Shown: positions 38,480 to 53,217, counted from the stretch's first letter. The stretch: DNA of 64,000 nucleotides from Eledone cirrhosa (GCA_964016885.1 OZ024751.1:35526001-35590000); one strand, 5' to 3'. Translations and numbers: made by a program. The notes: generated by a model not told the origin, from the letters alone.

Positions 38480-40365
38480 ATAGACGTGAGACTACGGTAA
38501 ATGACATAGGTAGACGTGAGACTACGGTAAATGACATAGGTAGACGTGGGACTACGGTAAATGACAGGTAGACGTGGGGCAATGGTAAATGACATAGGTA
38601 GACTTGGGACTACGGTAAATGACATAGGTAGACTTGGGACTACGGTAAAGGACATAGGTAGACTTGGGACTACGGTAAAGGACATAGGTAGACTTGGGAC
38701 TACGGTAAAGGACATAGGTAGACTTGGGACTACGGTAAATGACATAGGTAGACTTGGGACTACGGTAAAGGACATAGGTAGACTTGGGACTACGGTAAAT
38801 GACATAGGTAGACGTGGGACTACGGTAAATGACATAGGTAGACGTGAGACTACGGTAAATAACATAGATAGACGTGGGACTACGGTAAATGACATAGGTA
38901 GACGTGAGACTACGGTAAATAACATAGATAGACGTGGGACTACGGTAAATGACATAGGTAGACGTGAGACTACGGTAAATGACATAGGTAGACGTGAGAC
39001 TACGGTAAAGGACATAGGTAGACTTGGGACTACGGTAAAGGACATAGGTAGACTTGGGACTACGGTAAAGGACATAGGTAGACGTGAGACTACGGTAAAT
39101 GACATAGGTAGACGTGAGACTACGGTAAAGGACATAGGTAGACGTGGGACTACGGTAAATGACATAGGTAGACGTGAGACTACGGTAAATGACATAGGTA
39201 GACGTGAGACTACGGTAAAGGACATAGGTAGACTTGGGACTACGGTAAAGGACATAGGTAGACTTGGGACTACGGTAAAGGACATAGGTAGACTTGGGAC
39301 TACGGTAAAGGACATAGGTAGACTTGGGACTACGGTAAAGGACATAGGTAGACTTGGGACTACAGTAAAGGACATAGGTAGACTTGGGACTACGGTAAAG
39401 GACATAGGTAGACGTGAGACTACGGTAAAGGACATAGGTAGACTTGGGACTACGGTAAAGGACATAGGTAGACTTGGGACTACGGTAAAGGACATAGGTA
39501 GACTTGGGACTACGGTAAAGGACATAGGTAGACGTGAGACTACGGTAAAGGACATAGGTAGACTTGGGACTACGGTAAAGGACATAGGTAGACTTGGGAC
39601 TACGGTAAAGGACATAGGTAGACTTGGGACTACGGTAAAGGACATAGGTAGACTTGGGACTACGGTAAAGGACATAGGTAGACTTGGGACTACGGTAAAG
39701 GACATAGGTAGACGTGAGACTACGGTAAAGGACATAGGTAGACTTGGGACTACGGTAAAGGACATAGGTAGACTTGGGACTACGGTAAAGGACATAGGTA
39801 GACTTGGGACTACGGTAAAGGACATAGGTAGACGTGAGACTACGGTAAAGGACATAGGTAGACTTGGGACTACGGTAAAGGACATAGGTAGACGTGAGAC
39901 TACGGTAAAGGACATAGGTAGACTTGGGACTACGGTAAAGGACATAGGTAGACTTGGGACTACGGTAAAGGACATAGGTAGACTTGGGACTACGGTAAAG
40001 GACATAGGTAGACGTGAGACTACGGTAAAGGACATAGGTAGACTTGGGACTACGGTAAAGGACATAGGTAGACGTGAGACTACGGTAAAGGACATAGGTA
40101 GACTTGGGACTACGGTAAAGGACATAGGTAGACTTGGGACTACGGTAAAGGACATAGGTAGACTTGGGACTACGGTAAAGGACATAGGTAGACGTGAGAC
40201 TACGGTAAAGGACATAGGTAGACTTGGGACTACGGTAAAGGACATAGGTAGACTTGGGACTACGGTAAAGGACATAGGTAGACGTGAGACTACGGTAAAG
40301 GACATAGGTAGACGTGGGACTACGGTAAAGGACATAGGTAGACGTGGGGCAATGGGAAATGACAT
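38480..40365. repeat. 30-bp minisatellite, ~63 copies
   Basis: Unit GACATAGGTAGAC(TTGGG/GTGAG)ACTACGGTAAA(G/T); source of the 669-aa and 602-aa ORFs. Confidence 0.97.
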
Positions 40366-40666
40366 TTAGCCAAGAGGCCAGGCCATGGAATCGAACTCGA
40401 GACTTAATGATTACGAAGCAAGCTCTTTAGTGAGGGAGGTAGGAATGTAGGACGACACTCATTGGTTGTTGATTCTTTAGTCTTTTAGAACATTGATAAA
40501 TGTCTTGTACCCCGGCCAGACAGATAATCAATATCTCGTGTGTGTGTATGAGTGTGTGTGTGCATGTATGTGTGTGAATGTATGTATGTGTATGTATGTA
40601 TGTGTATGTATATATATATGTATATGTATATATATATATGCATACATATATATATATATGTATGCA

Positions 40667-40733
<67 letters not shown>

Positions 40734-40739
40734 GTATGC

Positions 40740-40771
<32 letters not shown>

Positions 40772-40878
40772 ATTTATGTTTGTATATGTATATATATATA
40801 TATGTTTGTATATGTATATATATATATATGTTTATGTATATGTTTGTATATATATATGTTTATGTATATGTATGCATG

Positions 40879-40909
<31 letters not shown>

Positions 40910-40947
40910 CTATCTATCTATCTATATCTATATATATATATATATAT

Positions 40948-41054
40948 AAGGCCAGCAATTACCCAGTGTATTACTGGTACTTTATTTTATCGACCCCGTA
41001 AGGATGAAAGGCAAAGTTAACCGCGGCGGGATTAACTTTGCCTTTCATCCTTTC
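40948..41054 (-). mobile_element. SINE with local fold-back inversion
   Basis: AAGGATGAAAGGCAAAGTTAA-CCGCGGCGGGA-TTAACTTTGCCTTTCATCCTT. Confidence 0.75.
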
Positions 41055-41126
<72 letters not shown>

Positions 41127-41319
41127 GTTTCTACTTTAGGCACAAGGCCAGCAATTACCCAGGTTAGTGTGGTTGTAGTTTAAAAGTCTAGTTCTATTAC
41201 TGCCTAGCTTAAAGAATTCTCAATTAATGTAAATATATAGAAGGGTAACAGTGAGGTGTTCTATAGAATTGGTCTGCTGACTAAATTAGAAACCATTATT
41301 CTACATATCCTGAGGGCAG

Positions 41320-41540
41320 TAGTTTGGCTGTAGGATCGGTAGAGCGTCCGACAACATTCTTAGCGGCACAGAGTTACGGCTCTTTACCTTCTGATTTCAA
41401 ATTCCGCCGAGGTTAACTTTGTCTTTCATCCTGACGAGGTTGATAAAATAACGTACCAGTAACACACTGAGGTCGATTTAATCGACTTTCCTCTCCGCTC
41501 ACTCCAATTATTGACCTTGTGTCTAAATCAGAAACCATAT
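41320..41540 (+). mobile_element. SINE (Meta/MESC-like), full length, diverged
   Basis: Head, core GAGGTTAACTTTGTCTTTCATCC and 3' end GACCTTGTGTCTAAATCAGAAACC present. Confidence 0.8.
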
Positions 41541-41939
41541 TTTTTACTCATCTTCAATATTCTTGAACTTCTCTCTGTCACTTTAATCAACCGGAAGACT
41601 ATTTCACGTCGCTTATGCCCTCGAATAAACAAAAGTTTTAAAATGTCACACAATTTTAATGTCCATGTTGTCCATGGAAGCCAAAAACAAACTAAATAAA
41701 CAAACAATCATAAAAAACGTAAAACCATTTTGATGTGAGGAATATGAGAAAGCTAAAAAGTTAATCTATTAAACGTCAAGACTACGGAGAAATTGTAATC
41801 TGTTTTTTATTTACATTACAGAAGGTTAACCTAAGTACCAGTAATGTACTGAGTAATTGCTGGCGTTGTGCCAAAAGTTGAGACAATTATTACATTGGAT
41901 AAATAATACACATAATAAATCTTAACTTTAATTACTGTA

Positions 41940-42140
41940 ATAATGGTTTATGATACAGGCACAAGGTCAACAGTTTAAGGGAGGGGATGTCGATTAATTC
42001 GACCCAGTGCATTACTGGTACTTTATTTTATCGACCCCGTAAGGATGAAACTTCGGCGGGATTTGAACTCAGAACGTAAAGGGCTTAACTCTATGCCTTT
42101 TTATTCTTCTGGGGTCGATAAAATAAAGTACCACTAACTT
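41940..42140 (-). mobile_element. SINE followed by an inverted core fragment
   Basis: GGTACTTTATTTTATCGACCCC (~42017) vs GGGGTCGATAAAATAAAGTACC (~42111). Confidence 0.75.
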
Positions 42141-42177
42141 ACTGGACTTTAATTTAAACATCTTTGCTTCTACTCAA

Positions 42178-42488
42178 TGTTGTGTCCTTGAGCAAGTCCC
42201 TCCAGTCCACTCACCTGTCCTTCAGCAAGTCCCTCCATTTCACATTGTTCCAGTCCACTCTGCTGTCCTTCAACAAGTCCCTCCAGTCCACTCACCTGTC
42301 CTTCAGCAAGTCCCTCCATTTCACATTGTTCCAGTCCACTCTGCTGTCCTTGAGCAAGTCCCTCCAGTCCACTCACCTGTCCTTCAGCAAGTCCCTCCAT
42401 TTCACATTGTTCCAGTCCACTCTGCTGTCCTTCAACAAGTCCCTCCAGTCCACTCACCTGTCCTTCAGCAAGACTCTCCAGTCCATTC
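42178..42488. repeat. Higher-order tandem repeat derived from the CORE-like SINE segment
   Basis: TGTCCTTGAGCAAG...TTTCACATTGTTCCAGTCCAC resembles the SINE body at ~6732-6786. Confidence 0.75.
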
Positions 42489-42829
42489 AGCTGAAATATT
42501 AAACTTTATAAATAAATCCGTGTCTTTCCTTCATCTTATTGATATTTCTCAATCTCAATATCTTTTTACGTATCACTCACTTAACCTTCTCCTTTTTACA
42601 TTGCAGTTGTTGTTGTTGTTGTTGTCATTGTTGTCATTGTTGTCGTTGTTGTTGTTGTTGTTATCATCGTTGTTGTTGCCTGACATTGTGTAATTCTAGT
42701 TAAGTAATCAACTCCCGACATTTAATAGATTCTTGTCAATTCAAAAACCCAGTTTTCGGTACAATGACCGTGTTAAACAACTAATTACTCTTTTACTTTT
42801 CCAGCCATTCGGCTGTGGCCTTGCTGGGG

Positions 42830-44108
<1,279 letters not shown>

Positions 44109-44232
44109 CGTTTGTGTGTGTTTGCATATATAATACACACACACACACATACACATACAGTCACACACACACACACACTGTTATTATCAGTTACATATGT
44201 TTACATACATGTCTATATGTCTGGTTTTGGGG

Positions 44233-44716
44233 TTTTTTTTTCTTTTTTCACGTTAGAAACTTTATTGTGTTGTATGAGATGAAAGAATGGTATTCAACTA
44301 ATGTATTGGTACGCGATGGGGCCCACCCACAGCCCCGGCGGACGGAATGGAGAAAGCGTTTCCCCCGGAGGACGGCAAGGGAGACGCGCTGGAAAAGCCA
44401 CTCCAACTCGCGGGGCTCACACCTGCGGCTGGCCAGCTCAGCGCCTATGGTGGTGAGTAAGGAGGTGGCCCTGGGGCCGAGGACACCAGAAGTTTCCATG
44501 CCAGGGGAACGACCGCAAACCTGTCGGAGAGCGACCGGTATTTGAGGAGTTTGGCCCCCTCAGCCCGGCGTGCAGCAGAACCTGGGTCAGTCGCAGACTG
44601 CACCAGGTTGCGGCTGCAGAAAGTGTCGGTGCAAGTGGCATCCCAGACGAGGGGTTTGCCACTGGGAAGATGGTCCTGCCATCTGGCCCTTTTGCCGTCC
44701 CCTCGATCCAGCGTCT
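44233..44716 (-). mobile_element. CRE-like non-LTR retrotransposon 3' end (restriction-like endonuclease domain), frameshifted
   Basis: Minus strand: DGKR/PDG...LVWDATCTDTF...[14 protein letters not shown]...METSGVLGP...[12 protein letters not shown]; AATAAA (TTTATT 44261-44266) and A-rich tail (T-run 44233-44248). Confidence 0.75.
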
Positions 44717-44979
44717 GAGGATTTTAATTTTTTTTCAATTTTTGTTAAAAAAAAATCAATCAGTTGGTATAAATTGATCTATTTATATATCTATCGCTAT
44801 ATTAACTATCTATCCATTTATATATCTATCTATCCGCCTGTCTGTCTATCTATCTATCTGTCTCTATCTACTTTATATCTGTATATATTTCTCTCCTCGC
44901 TATCAATCTCTCTTACTCTCCGTCTCTCTTTCTATTACTATAAATATATAATTCTGTCTCCCTCCCTCTATCAGTCTTC

Positions 44980-45047
<68 letters not shown>

Positions 45048-45079
45048 ATCTCTCTCTCTATATATATATTCCTGTCTCC

Positions 45080-45110
<31 letters not shown>

Positions 45111-45134
45111 CCCCGTCTCCTTCTCTACCAGTCT

Positions 45135-45179
<45 letters not shown>

Positions 45180-45215
45180 ATCTCTCTCTCTCTATATATA
45201 TTCCTGTCTCCCTCG

Positions 45216-45251
<36 letters not shown>

Positions 45252-45784
45252 CATCCCCGTCTCCCTCTCTACCAGTCTCCCTCTCCCTCTCTCCCCTCCC
45301 TATATATATATACAACATCTGTTTTGTATCTCTCCCACTCTACATAGCGATGCTACTTTATCCATTTAGCGACATCAAAGAATGCCACGTACTTTTCATA
45401 TTAGTACATTATAAAGAGGTCACAGGAGGCTGTGCAATAATTACAATTATACACACATAAATATATATATATATATATACACATATATATACACATATAT
45501 ATTACACATGTAAATATATATATATATATATGTATATAGATAGATAAGTGAGGAGATGAATAGGTAGACAGAGAAATATATATGTGTGTGTGTGTGTGTG
45601 TATATGTATACACACACACATATATATACACCCACCCACACACACACACATATATATACACACACCCACACATACACGTACACACATATATATATACACA
45701 CATATATATACACACACTTAACTCTATGCCGCCAAGCATGGTGTGTGACGCTCTACCAATTCTGCCAATCGACCACCTTTTCAA

Positions 45785-45978
45785 ATAATAATAATAAAAA
45801 TGTTTCTACTTCGGCAGAAGGCCAACAATTACCCCAGTACATTACTGGTACTTTATTTTATCGACCCCGTAAGGATGAAAGGCAAAGTTAACTTGTGCGG
45901 GATTTGAACCGAGAACTAAAGGGACGTAACTTTATGCTGTAAAGCACTCTACTGATACTGCCAATCCACCGCCGCATA
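45785..45978 (-). mobile_element. SINE (Meta/MESC-like), full length
   Basis: Reverse complement GGCGGTGGATTGGCAG...GGTTCAAATCCCG...TTTGCCTTTCATCCTTACGGGGTCGATAAAATAAAGTACC; neighbouring fragments at 45715-45780 and 45990-46054. Confidence 0.85.
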
Positions 45979-46064
45979 ATAATAATAATAATGGTTTCTA
46001 ATTTAGGCACAAGGCCGGCAATTTTTGTATGGTTGAGGAGGAAGTCGACCTCGACTGGTAGATA

Positions 46065-46864
46065 AATTTCTTTATTAGCCACAAGGGCACAAAAGAAGGG
46101 GACAAATACAAATTGGGAGTTTACATACAGGTATATGAAAATAAAACTATGAATAAAATAACAAATAACAATTGAAATCCCCAATAGGGGGGAGGCGTTA
46201 CACAGGGGTTGTACACACCCCGAAAAAATGTACAACCCTCATTTTCAGGAGTACGAAGAGTGAGTACCCCTTTCCTCTCTTCCTCTTTTTACTCAACCTA
46301 CAGGCTTATATAGAGAGAAGGCCCAACCACTCGGGCCATCTTTGCCACATTCACCCACCTTTTATAAAATTTGATGGGGTACAGCACCTCTCTCTCCATC
46401 CTGATTCTTCTTCCAAAATGATATTTGAAAAAACGAATCAGTTGCTCGCCGGAGAGAAAGGTGTCTGACCTCAGCTCTTTTAACCTCGTCCACCATATAA
46501 CCTCTTTCACCATAGCCATAACACATAGGAAAACCGCATCTCCCTCGTTTTTGAAGGAGGGTGGCGGTTTGATCATGACAATGGACTCGGTGGTCAACTG
46601 GATTGGTCCCACCCGCAACAATAGTTGTTCTACATAGACCCACAGGTCGGTAACGCCCGGGCAGTGTACAAATGCGTGCGCGACGTGTCTGTAGAGCTTG
46701 TCTCGAACTGGTAGAGCTCCTCGGTAGCACTGCCAGGCCAGGGACTTTTGGAAGTTGTCCATTGGTCCCGGGCGGAAGGTCTTACCGAACAGACTGGCCA
46801 GTTCGTCCTCCTGTACGCCTAGAGTTTCTCCGAGCGTGTCGTCGCACTTGCTGCGGACCAACCC
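46065..46864 (-). mobile_element. Tx1/L1-like LINE, 5'-truncated (ORF2 C-terminus plus 3' UTR)
   Basis: ORF 46298-46861 has NFQKSLAWQCYRGALPV...HAFVHC...LW...WWTR (zf-RVT-like C-terminus, internally deleted); flanked by CTGGTAGATA at 46055-46064 and 46865-46874. Confidence 0.75.
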
Positions 46865-46930
46865 CTGGTAGATAGATAGATATATATATAGATAGGTAGA
46901 TAGATAATAGGTAGATAGGTAGATAGATAG

Positions 46931-47112
46931 ATTTCTTTATTTGCCACAAGGGCGCACAAGAAAAGGGGACAATACAAAGATACATGCCGGGGATTTTACA
47001 TACAATCGTGTAAAAATATTATTAAACCAAACAAATTTAACAATCGAAATCCCCGATAGGGGGGAGTCGTTATAAATGGGTTGTTTTATAGATAGAACAA
47101 CCCTCAACTCCA
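46931..47112 (-). mobile_element. Second 3'-UTR-only copy of the same LINE
   Basis: TTTCTTTATTTGCCACAAGGG...GAAATCCCCGATAGGGGG homologous to 46067-46245; bounded by GGTAGATAG / (TAGA)n. Confidence 0.7.
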
Positions 47113-47125
47113 GGTAGATAGATGT

Positions 47126-47158
<33 letters not shown>

Positions 47159-47826
47159 TAGTTAAGCAGTGGAACCTATGCTAGTTAAGTATTTTAGTAG
47201 ACGGTGTGTGTGTGGGGGGGGGGGGGGGAAAGCTAGGCTGATCAAACCAACACATGGATAATTAAATCGATAAAGAAATAAGATAAATGATTGAATTGGT
47301 TGATTGATGAAGAAACAGACATGCGGTACTGCTTGATAGAAATTGTTGATTGATTGGGTGGGCGGGGTGGTGGTGGTGGGTGGTTTGATGGGGGTGGTGT
47401 TGCTGGGCTGGTTGGGGGGTGTGGGTGGTTTGGTGGGGGTGGTGTTGCTGGGCTGGTTGGTGGTGGTGGTGGTGGGGGGGGGGTCGCTGGGCTGGTTGGT
47501 GGGGTAGTGGATGTATGGGCTGGTAGGTAGGTAGGTTGGTTGGTTGGTTGGTTGGTGAGGTGGGGGGTGGTGGTGTTGGGGTTAGTGGGTGGTTTGGCTA
47601 GTTGGTTGATTGGGTGGTGGTGGGTGGTTTAGTTGATTGGTGGTGGGTTGGGTTGTTGGTTGGTTAGCTGGCGGGTGTGTGGGGTGGTTGATTGATTAGT
47701 TGGTGGGTTGGTAAGTTGGTGCATTGTTTGGTGGGTTGGTAGGTTGGTAGGTTGGTTGGTGGGGTGGTGGACGAGTGGGCTGGTAGGTTGGTAGGTTTCA
47801 AATCCCACCAAGGTTATTATTATTTG

Positions 47827-48020
47827 AGGGCGGTGGATTGGCAGCATAGAGTTATGGTCCTTTACGGTCTGAGTTCAAATCTCGCCGTGGTTAGCTTTGC
47901 TCCTTATCTTTACATGGTCGATAAAATAAAGTACCAGTAATCCACTGGGGTCAATTTGATCGACTTTCCTTTCCCTTTCAAATTGCTGGCCTTGTGCCAA
48001 AAGTAGAAACAATTATTATT
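47827..48020 (+). mobile_element. SINE (Meta/MESC-like), full length
   Basis: GGCGGTGGATTGGCAG...CTGAGTTCAAATC...GGTCGATAAAATAAAGTACCAG...GGCCTTGTGCCAAAAGTAGAAACAATTATT. Confidence 0.85.
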
Positions 48021-48321
48021 TGAAAGTTCCTTTGAATTCTGCTTCTTCCCCAAATCTTGTCAAGTGTCAACCTGACATCTGAGGCAAAACTTGGTGCAAC
48101 CAAATGTCATAGAAATGATGCGACAAGGGCCTAAACCGCAGTAAATGTCTTTACAAGGTATTTAAATTGGTAATGGCCCTTCCAAGGACATGGACAGTAC
48201 CAGTCAGTACAATCTCCCAAGATCACCTCCCAGGTATCTGCTCCAAATATATTTTAGTTCCCTTTTTATCATTCCAAGGGAACCGACTATCACTTTAACA
48301 TGCCACATGTTATTATTATTA

Positions 48322-48730
48322 TAGCAGTATCGATAGAGCATCAGACATGATTTGTGGCATAGTTACGTCCCTTTACGTTCTAAGTACAAATCCGGCTTAG
48401 GTACAGCTTTGCTTTTCATCCTTACAGGGTCGATAAAAGAAAGTACCAGTAATACACTGGGGTTGGTTTAATCTACTTCCCCCTCCCCTTCAAATTGCTG
48501 TCCTTGTGCCAAATGTAGAAACAATTATCATTATTGGTATAAAGTGATAGTACCAGTGATCTACTGGGTCGTTAAGATCCCTTCCCCCTAAATTGCTGTC
48601 TTTGTCTCTAAATTAAATCATTATTATAAAATAAGCTATCAGTCAAATATCGGGATCGATTTAATCGAACCCTCCTCCCCCTTCCTCGTTTAAAATTTCT
48701 GGCCTTGTGCCAAAATCAGGAATCATTATT
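48322..48730 (+). mobile_element. SINE copy followed by two additional SINE 3' ends
   Basis: Copy 48322-48530; further 3' ends ~48550-48620 and ~48640-48730. Confidence 0.75.
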
Positions 48731-48867
48731 CAAGTATTGATTTCTGTGAAATTAAAATATGAGGAAGTTTATTATTGAACTTATTAATCAACTATTGGAA
48801 TGTTTAACCCGTGTAAATGATTAATTAAAATTGGCAATATTTAATTAATAAATATATTCCTCAACTA

Positions 48868-48975
48868 ATTTCAGTCGTTAGACTGCGCCCATGCTGGAGC
48901 ACTACATTAAAGGGATTTAGTCGATCATTTCCCCCATAGTACTTTATCAATCTCTTTGTGTCGAACCGCTAGGGT
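48868..48975 (-). mobile_element. Second SINE family, 3' fragment
   Basis: TTTCAGTCGTTAGACTGCGCCCATGCTGGAGCAC...CGAACCGCTA; opposite-strand homologue at 49962-50105; related fragment at ~42790-42832. Confidence 0.6.
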
Positions 48976-49029
48976 AAATATATAGATAAAGACACACACT
49001 CACACATGCACGCACATACACACACTCTT

Positions 49030-49074
<45 letters not shown>

Positions 49075-49125
49075 GAGCACCTTAATAACTGTGGCGATAC
49101 CCGATTGAACCCGGGACTAATATAC

Positions 49126-49263
<138 letters not shown>

Positions 49264-49285
49264 TATATATATTTATATATATATA

Positions 49286-49344
<59 letters not shown>

Positions 49345-49833
49345 CAGTATACATACATTCATCTGTGTATGTCTGAATGTTTCCATGTATACGTTTTAAT
49401 GTTTATATTATTTACAGTGTAAACAAACCGGCTGTATATATATATATATACACATACGTAATATATATATTTACACATACGTAATATATATACATTATAT
49501 ATATATACACACATACGTAATATATATATACACTATATATACAACTGCAGGTGGCATTCACTATTACCACCCGTTGTCTTTATTCAATAAATATTTATAA
49601 CTGGTGTTGATGTTGCTGTAATCAAATATTTTCACTCACTGCCCCTGCCTCTCTCTCTCTCTCTCTATCTATCACTATTATAAGCAAATGTTGGGCCCAC
49701 ACGTTGGCTGCCCCGACTGACACAATATATATACGTGTGTGTACGAAACTGCCTTGTTCGGGGGTGGCTGAGTATTTCCTTTGTTTCGTACGCAACTGTC
49801 ATATATATTATATATATATATATACACACACAT

Positions 49834-49865
<32 letters not shown>

Positions 49866-49961
49866 ATATATATATATACACACACATATATATATATAAT
49901 ATATAATATATATAATAAAATTTCCGTGTCTGTGTTTACGTTCACGGTTTGTTTATGTATT

Positions 49962-50105
49962 GTAACTTAGCGGTGCGATAAAATGTGATCGATAAAAGAA
50001 GTAGCAGAAAAAACAAGGCAGAGATCGATATCATCGATTGCTATCGCTTCAAGGCAGTGCCCCAGTATGGCCGCAGTCAGATGATTGACACCGGTTAAAA
50101 AATAA
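49962..50105 (+). mobile_element. Second SINE family, 3' fragment
   Basis: GTAACTTAGCGGT...TTCAAGGCAGTGCCCCAGTATGGCCGCAGTC. Confidence 0.6.
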
Positions 50106-50809
50106 GAAAAAAAGAATACGTGTATGTGTTCAATATATGAATATTGTGTGTGTATATGTGTGTGTGTAGAATATATGATTATTGAATGCGTGTGTGTAAT
50201 ATATGTTATGTGAGTGTATATATGTGTGCGCACTGACTGGCCTTCACCGCCTATCTGTATGTATAACGTAGTTTGTGGCGGTGTATAATATAGCTTGTAT
50301 GTTAGTGTTTAGTGGTATGTGACCGCAAGTACTTCCATGTCGGACAAGTCTAGGTGTTGGTCGCCTGGTCATGATAAAACGGACAGGGATCTTTACAGGT
50401 TTGGGGTATTATTTAGGGGGGTACCTCTCTATCATGGAACACCTATCTACCTAAAGAGCCGAATTGTCACCAACGAGCTGAACCGATGTTACACAGGGTA
50501 GGGGGTATCTACCCTGGAACCGAGATAACCTTTAAAACCCCTCCACCCCAGTATATTGATAATAATATTGATAATAATAAAAGGACTGTCATCTACCAGG
50601 ACTTGGTGTTAGACCGATGTGAGGAAATGTTATCTAATATACACCATACAAGTGTTCATTATAGAGGTGGGTAAATATGTTCATATTGTCTACATATGTG
50701 TATATATCTGCCTGAGTATGTATGTATATATGTCTTGGTGTATATGGGTATGCATATATAATCTGTCTTGGTGTATGTATATATATCTCTCTTGGTGTAT
50801 ATGCGTGCG

Positions 50810-50856
<47 letters not shown>

Positions 50857-51090
50857 TGCTGTATGTATATATATCTCTCTGGGTGTATATGCGTATGTAT
50901 GTATGTATGTATAGAAATATATATATATTTATAGGTGTATATGTGTATGTATATATATCCGTATATATTTCTGTGCGTATGTATATATGCTTATGTATAT
51001 ATATCTGTGTGTGTATGTGTATATATTTATATGTATGTATATATATGTGATGTATTGTGTATGCATATGTGTTTGTATGTATATAAGTAC

Positions 51091-51144
<54 letters not shown>

Positions 51145-51279
51145 GTGTGTGTGTGTATAGTTTCATATATGTAATGTATATATTTATGTATTTGCTAATA
51201 TACGTGTATATGTATATAAACATTCACCTGTATTATTTATTCCCCCCTCTCTTTCCTCGTATATGTATATATATGTATA

Positions 51280-51319
<40 letters not shown>

Positions 51320-51464
51320 CGTGTATGTGTGCATATGTATATATATATATGTATATATACGTATATGTGTGTGTGTTTGCATATATATACATCTGTGTGT
51401 GTGCGTATATTTACATATGTGTGTGTGTAGGTGTATACTACGCATATATATTTAAGCATGTATA

Positions 51465-51634
51465 CAATGGAAGCCGCTTATTGTGATCAGGCGTAATGTT
51501 ATCAACCGGTAACGACAGTTGATGGGTCCAGTGTTATTTACCTTCTTGATGTTAATAACAGATATTTAAAAAAAAGCATTAATATTATTATTGAAACGGC
51601 TTTGTTCCAAAGTGATCACATTAAGCGGCTTCCA

Positions 51635-51637
<3 letters not shown>
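51465..51637. mobile_element. pogo/Tigger-like MITE
   Basis: TIRs CAATGGAAGCCGCTTATTGTGATCA / TGATCACATTAAGCGGCTTCCACT; preceded by TA. Confidence 0.7.
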
Positions 51638-51729
<92 letters not shown>

Positions 51730-51820
51730 TGTGCGTGGTATCGTATTCTCTTGAATTACAGCGTAGATCTCACGTACGCATGAGTAGAGAGGCTTTTCAT
51801 TTCATTCATGCCCTTGGGTG

Positions 51821-51872
<52 letters not shown>

Positions 51873-52064
51873 AATACATATATATATATATATATATATA
51901 TAAGTAAAGGGATATTTAATTTGTTGGTAATTCAACAAATATATTTATAACAGATTCGAAGCACTCGACAGTTTTTCTGGAGTATAATATCACTGACATT
52001 AATAAATATATATATATATATATATATATCACACCCTCGGAACTCTCTTCCTAACCTATTTATC

Positions 52065-52095
52065 CTGAAGAAGGGCTTATGCCCGAAACATCGTT
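52065..52095 (+). ncRNA. Hammerhead core motif in a (TA)n-flanked 150-bp insert (52030-52182)
   Basis: CTGAAGA-A-GGGC-TTAT-GCCC-GAAA-CA-TC; probable CpG decay of GAAACGTC; stem I not evident. Confidence 0.5.
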
Positions 52096-52178
52096 CCCCA
52101 CCTCATCCCACTCTCAAGAGCGTGAACCTAATAAACCTTTATTTGTCTGCCTCTCTCTTTTGTTCCCGTCTAAATTTG

Positions 52179-52228
<50 letters not shown>

Positions 52229-52600
52229 TGTATATACACAACATGCATACATACATATATGTCAATTTTGTACGCTATAAAAACCCTTTATATACACACC
52301 AGGTGCACTTTACAAACCCTTTTTAAAAATCATTTTATATATATATGTGTGTGTGTGTGTATGTGTGTTTACGAGTTTATATATATGTATATCTATATAT
52401 GAGTGTAGGGGGAGTGTTTGTGTATATGTGTGTGTATGAGTTTATCTGTATATCTATATATATATATATATATGTGTGTGTAGGGGGAGTGTTTGTGTAT
52501 ATGTATATGTGTGAGTTTATATATATCTGTATATATATATGTGTGTGTAGGGGGAGTGTTTGTGTATATGTATATGTGTGTGTGAGTTTATATATATCTG

Positions 52601-52631
<31 letters not shown>

Positions 52632-52758
52632 AGGGGGAATGTTTGTGTATATGTATATGTGTGTGAGTTTATATATATCTGTATATATATATATGTGTGT
52701 GTGTGTGTGTAGGGGGAATGTTTGTGTATATGTATATGTGTGTGTGAGTTTATATATA

Positions 52759-52793
<35 letters not shown>

Positions 52794-53031
52794 AGGGGGA
52801 ATGTTTGTGTTTGTGTATATGAATGTATGTGTACATGTGTGGGTATGAGTTTGTGTGTATGTAAATATGTATGTATGTGTATATATATATATATATGTGT
52901 GTTTGTGTATGTGTATGAGTATGTAAATATCGGTGAAATAGCTTTACTGTTGCATCACTCATTTCCCTTCGATGGATGTCATTGATTCTAATCAATGAAC
53001 TTTCTCTATTGCACCAGTATTTATTTACATA

Positions 53032-53110
<79 letters not shown>

Positions 53111-53174
53111 CATACTGTGTATATATATATATATATATATATATTTACATACCGTGTATATATATATTTACATA

Positions 53175-53217
<43 letters not shown>

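Noticed and set aside
38356-40369. 669-aa and 602-aa ORFs
   Set aside because: Pure translation of a 30-bp tandem repeat, with no unique domain or splice context.
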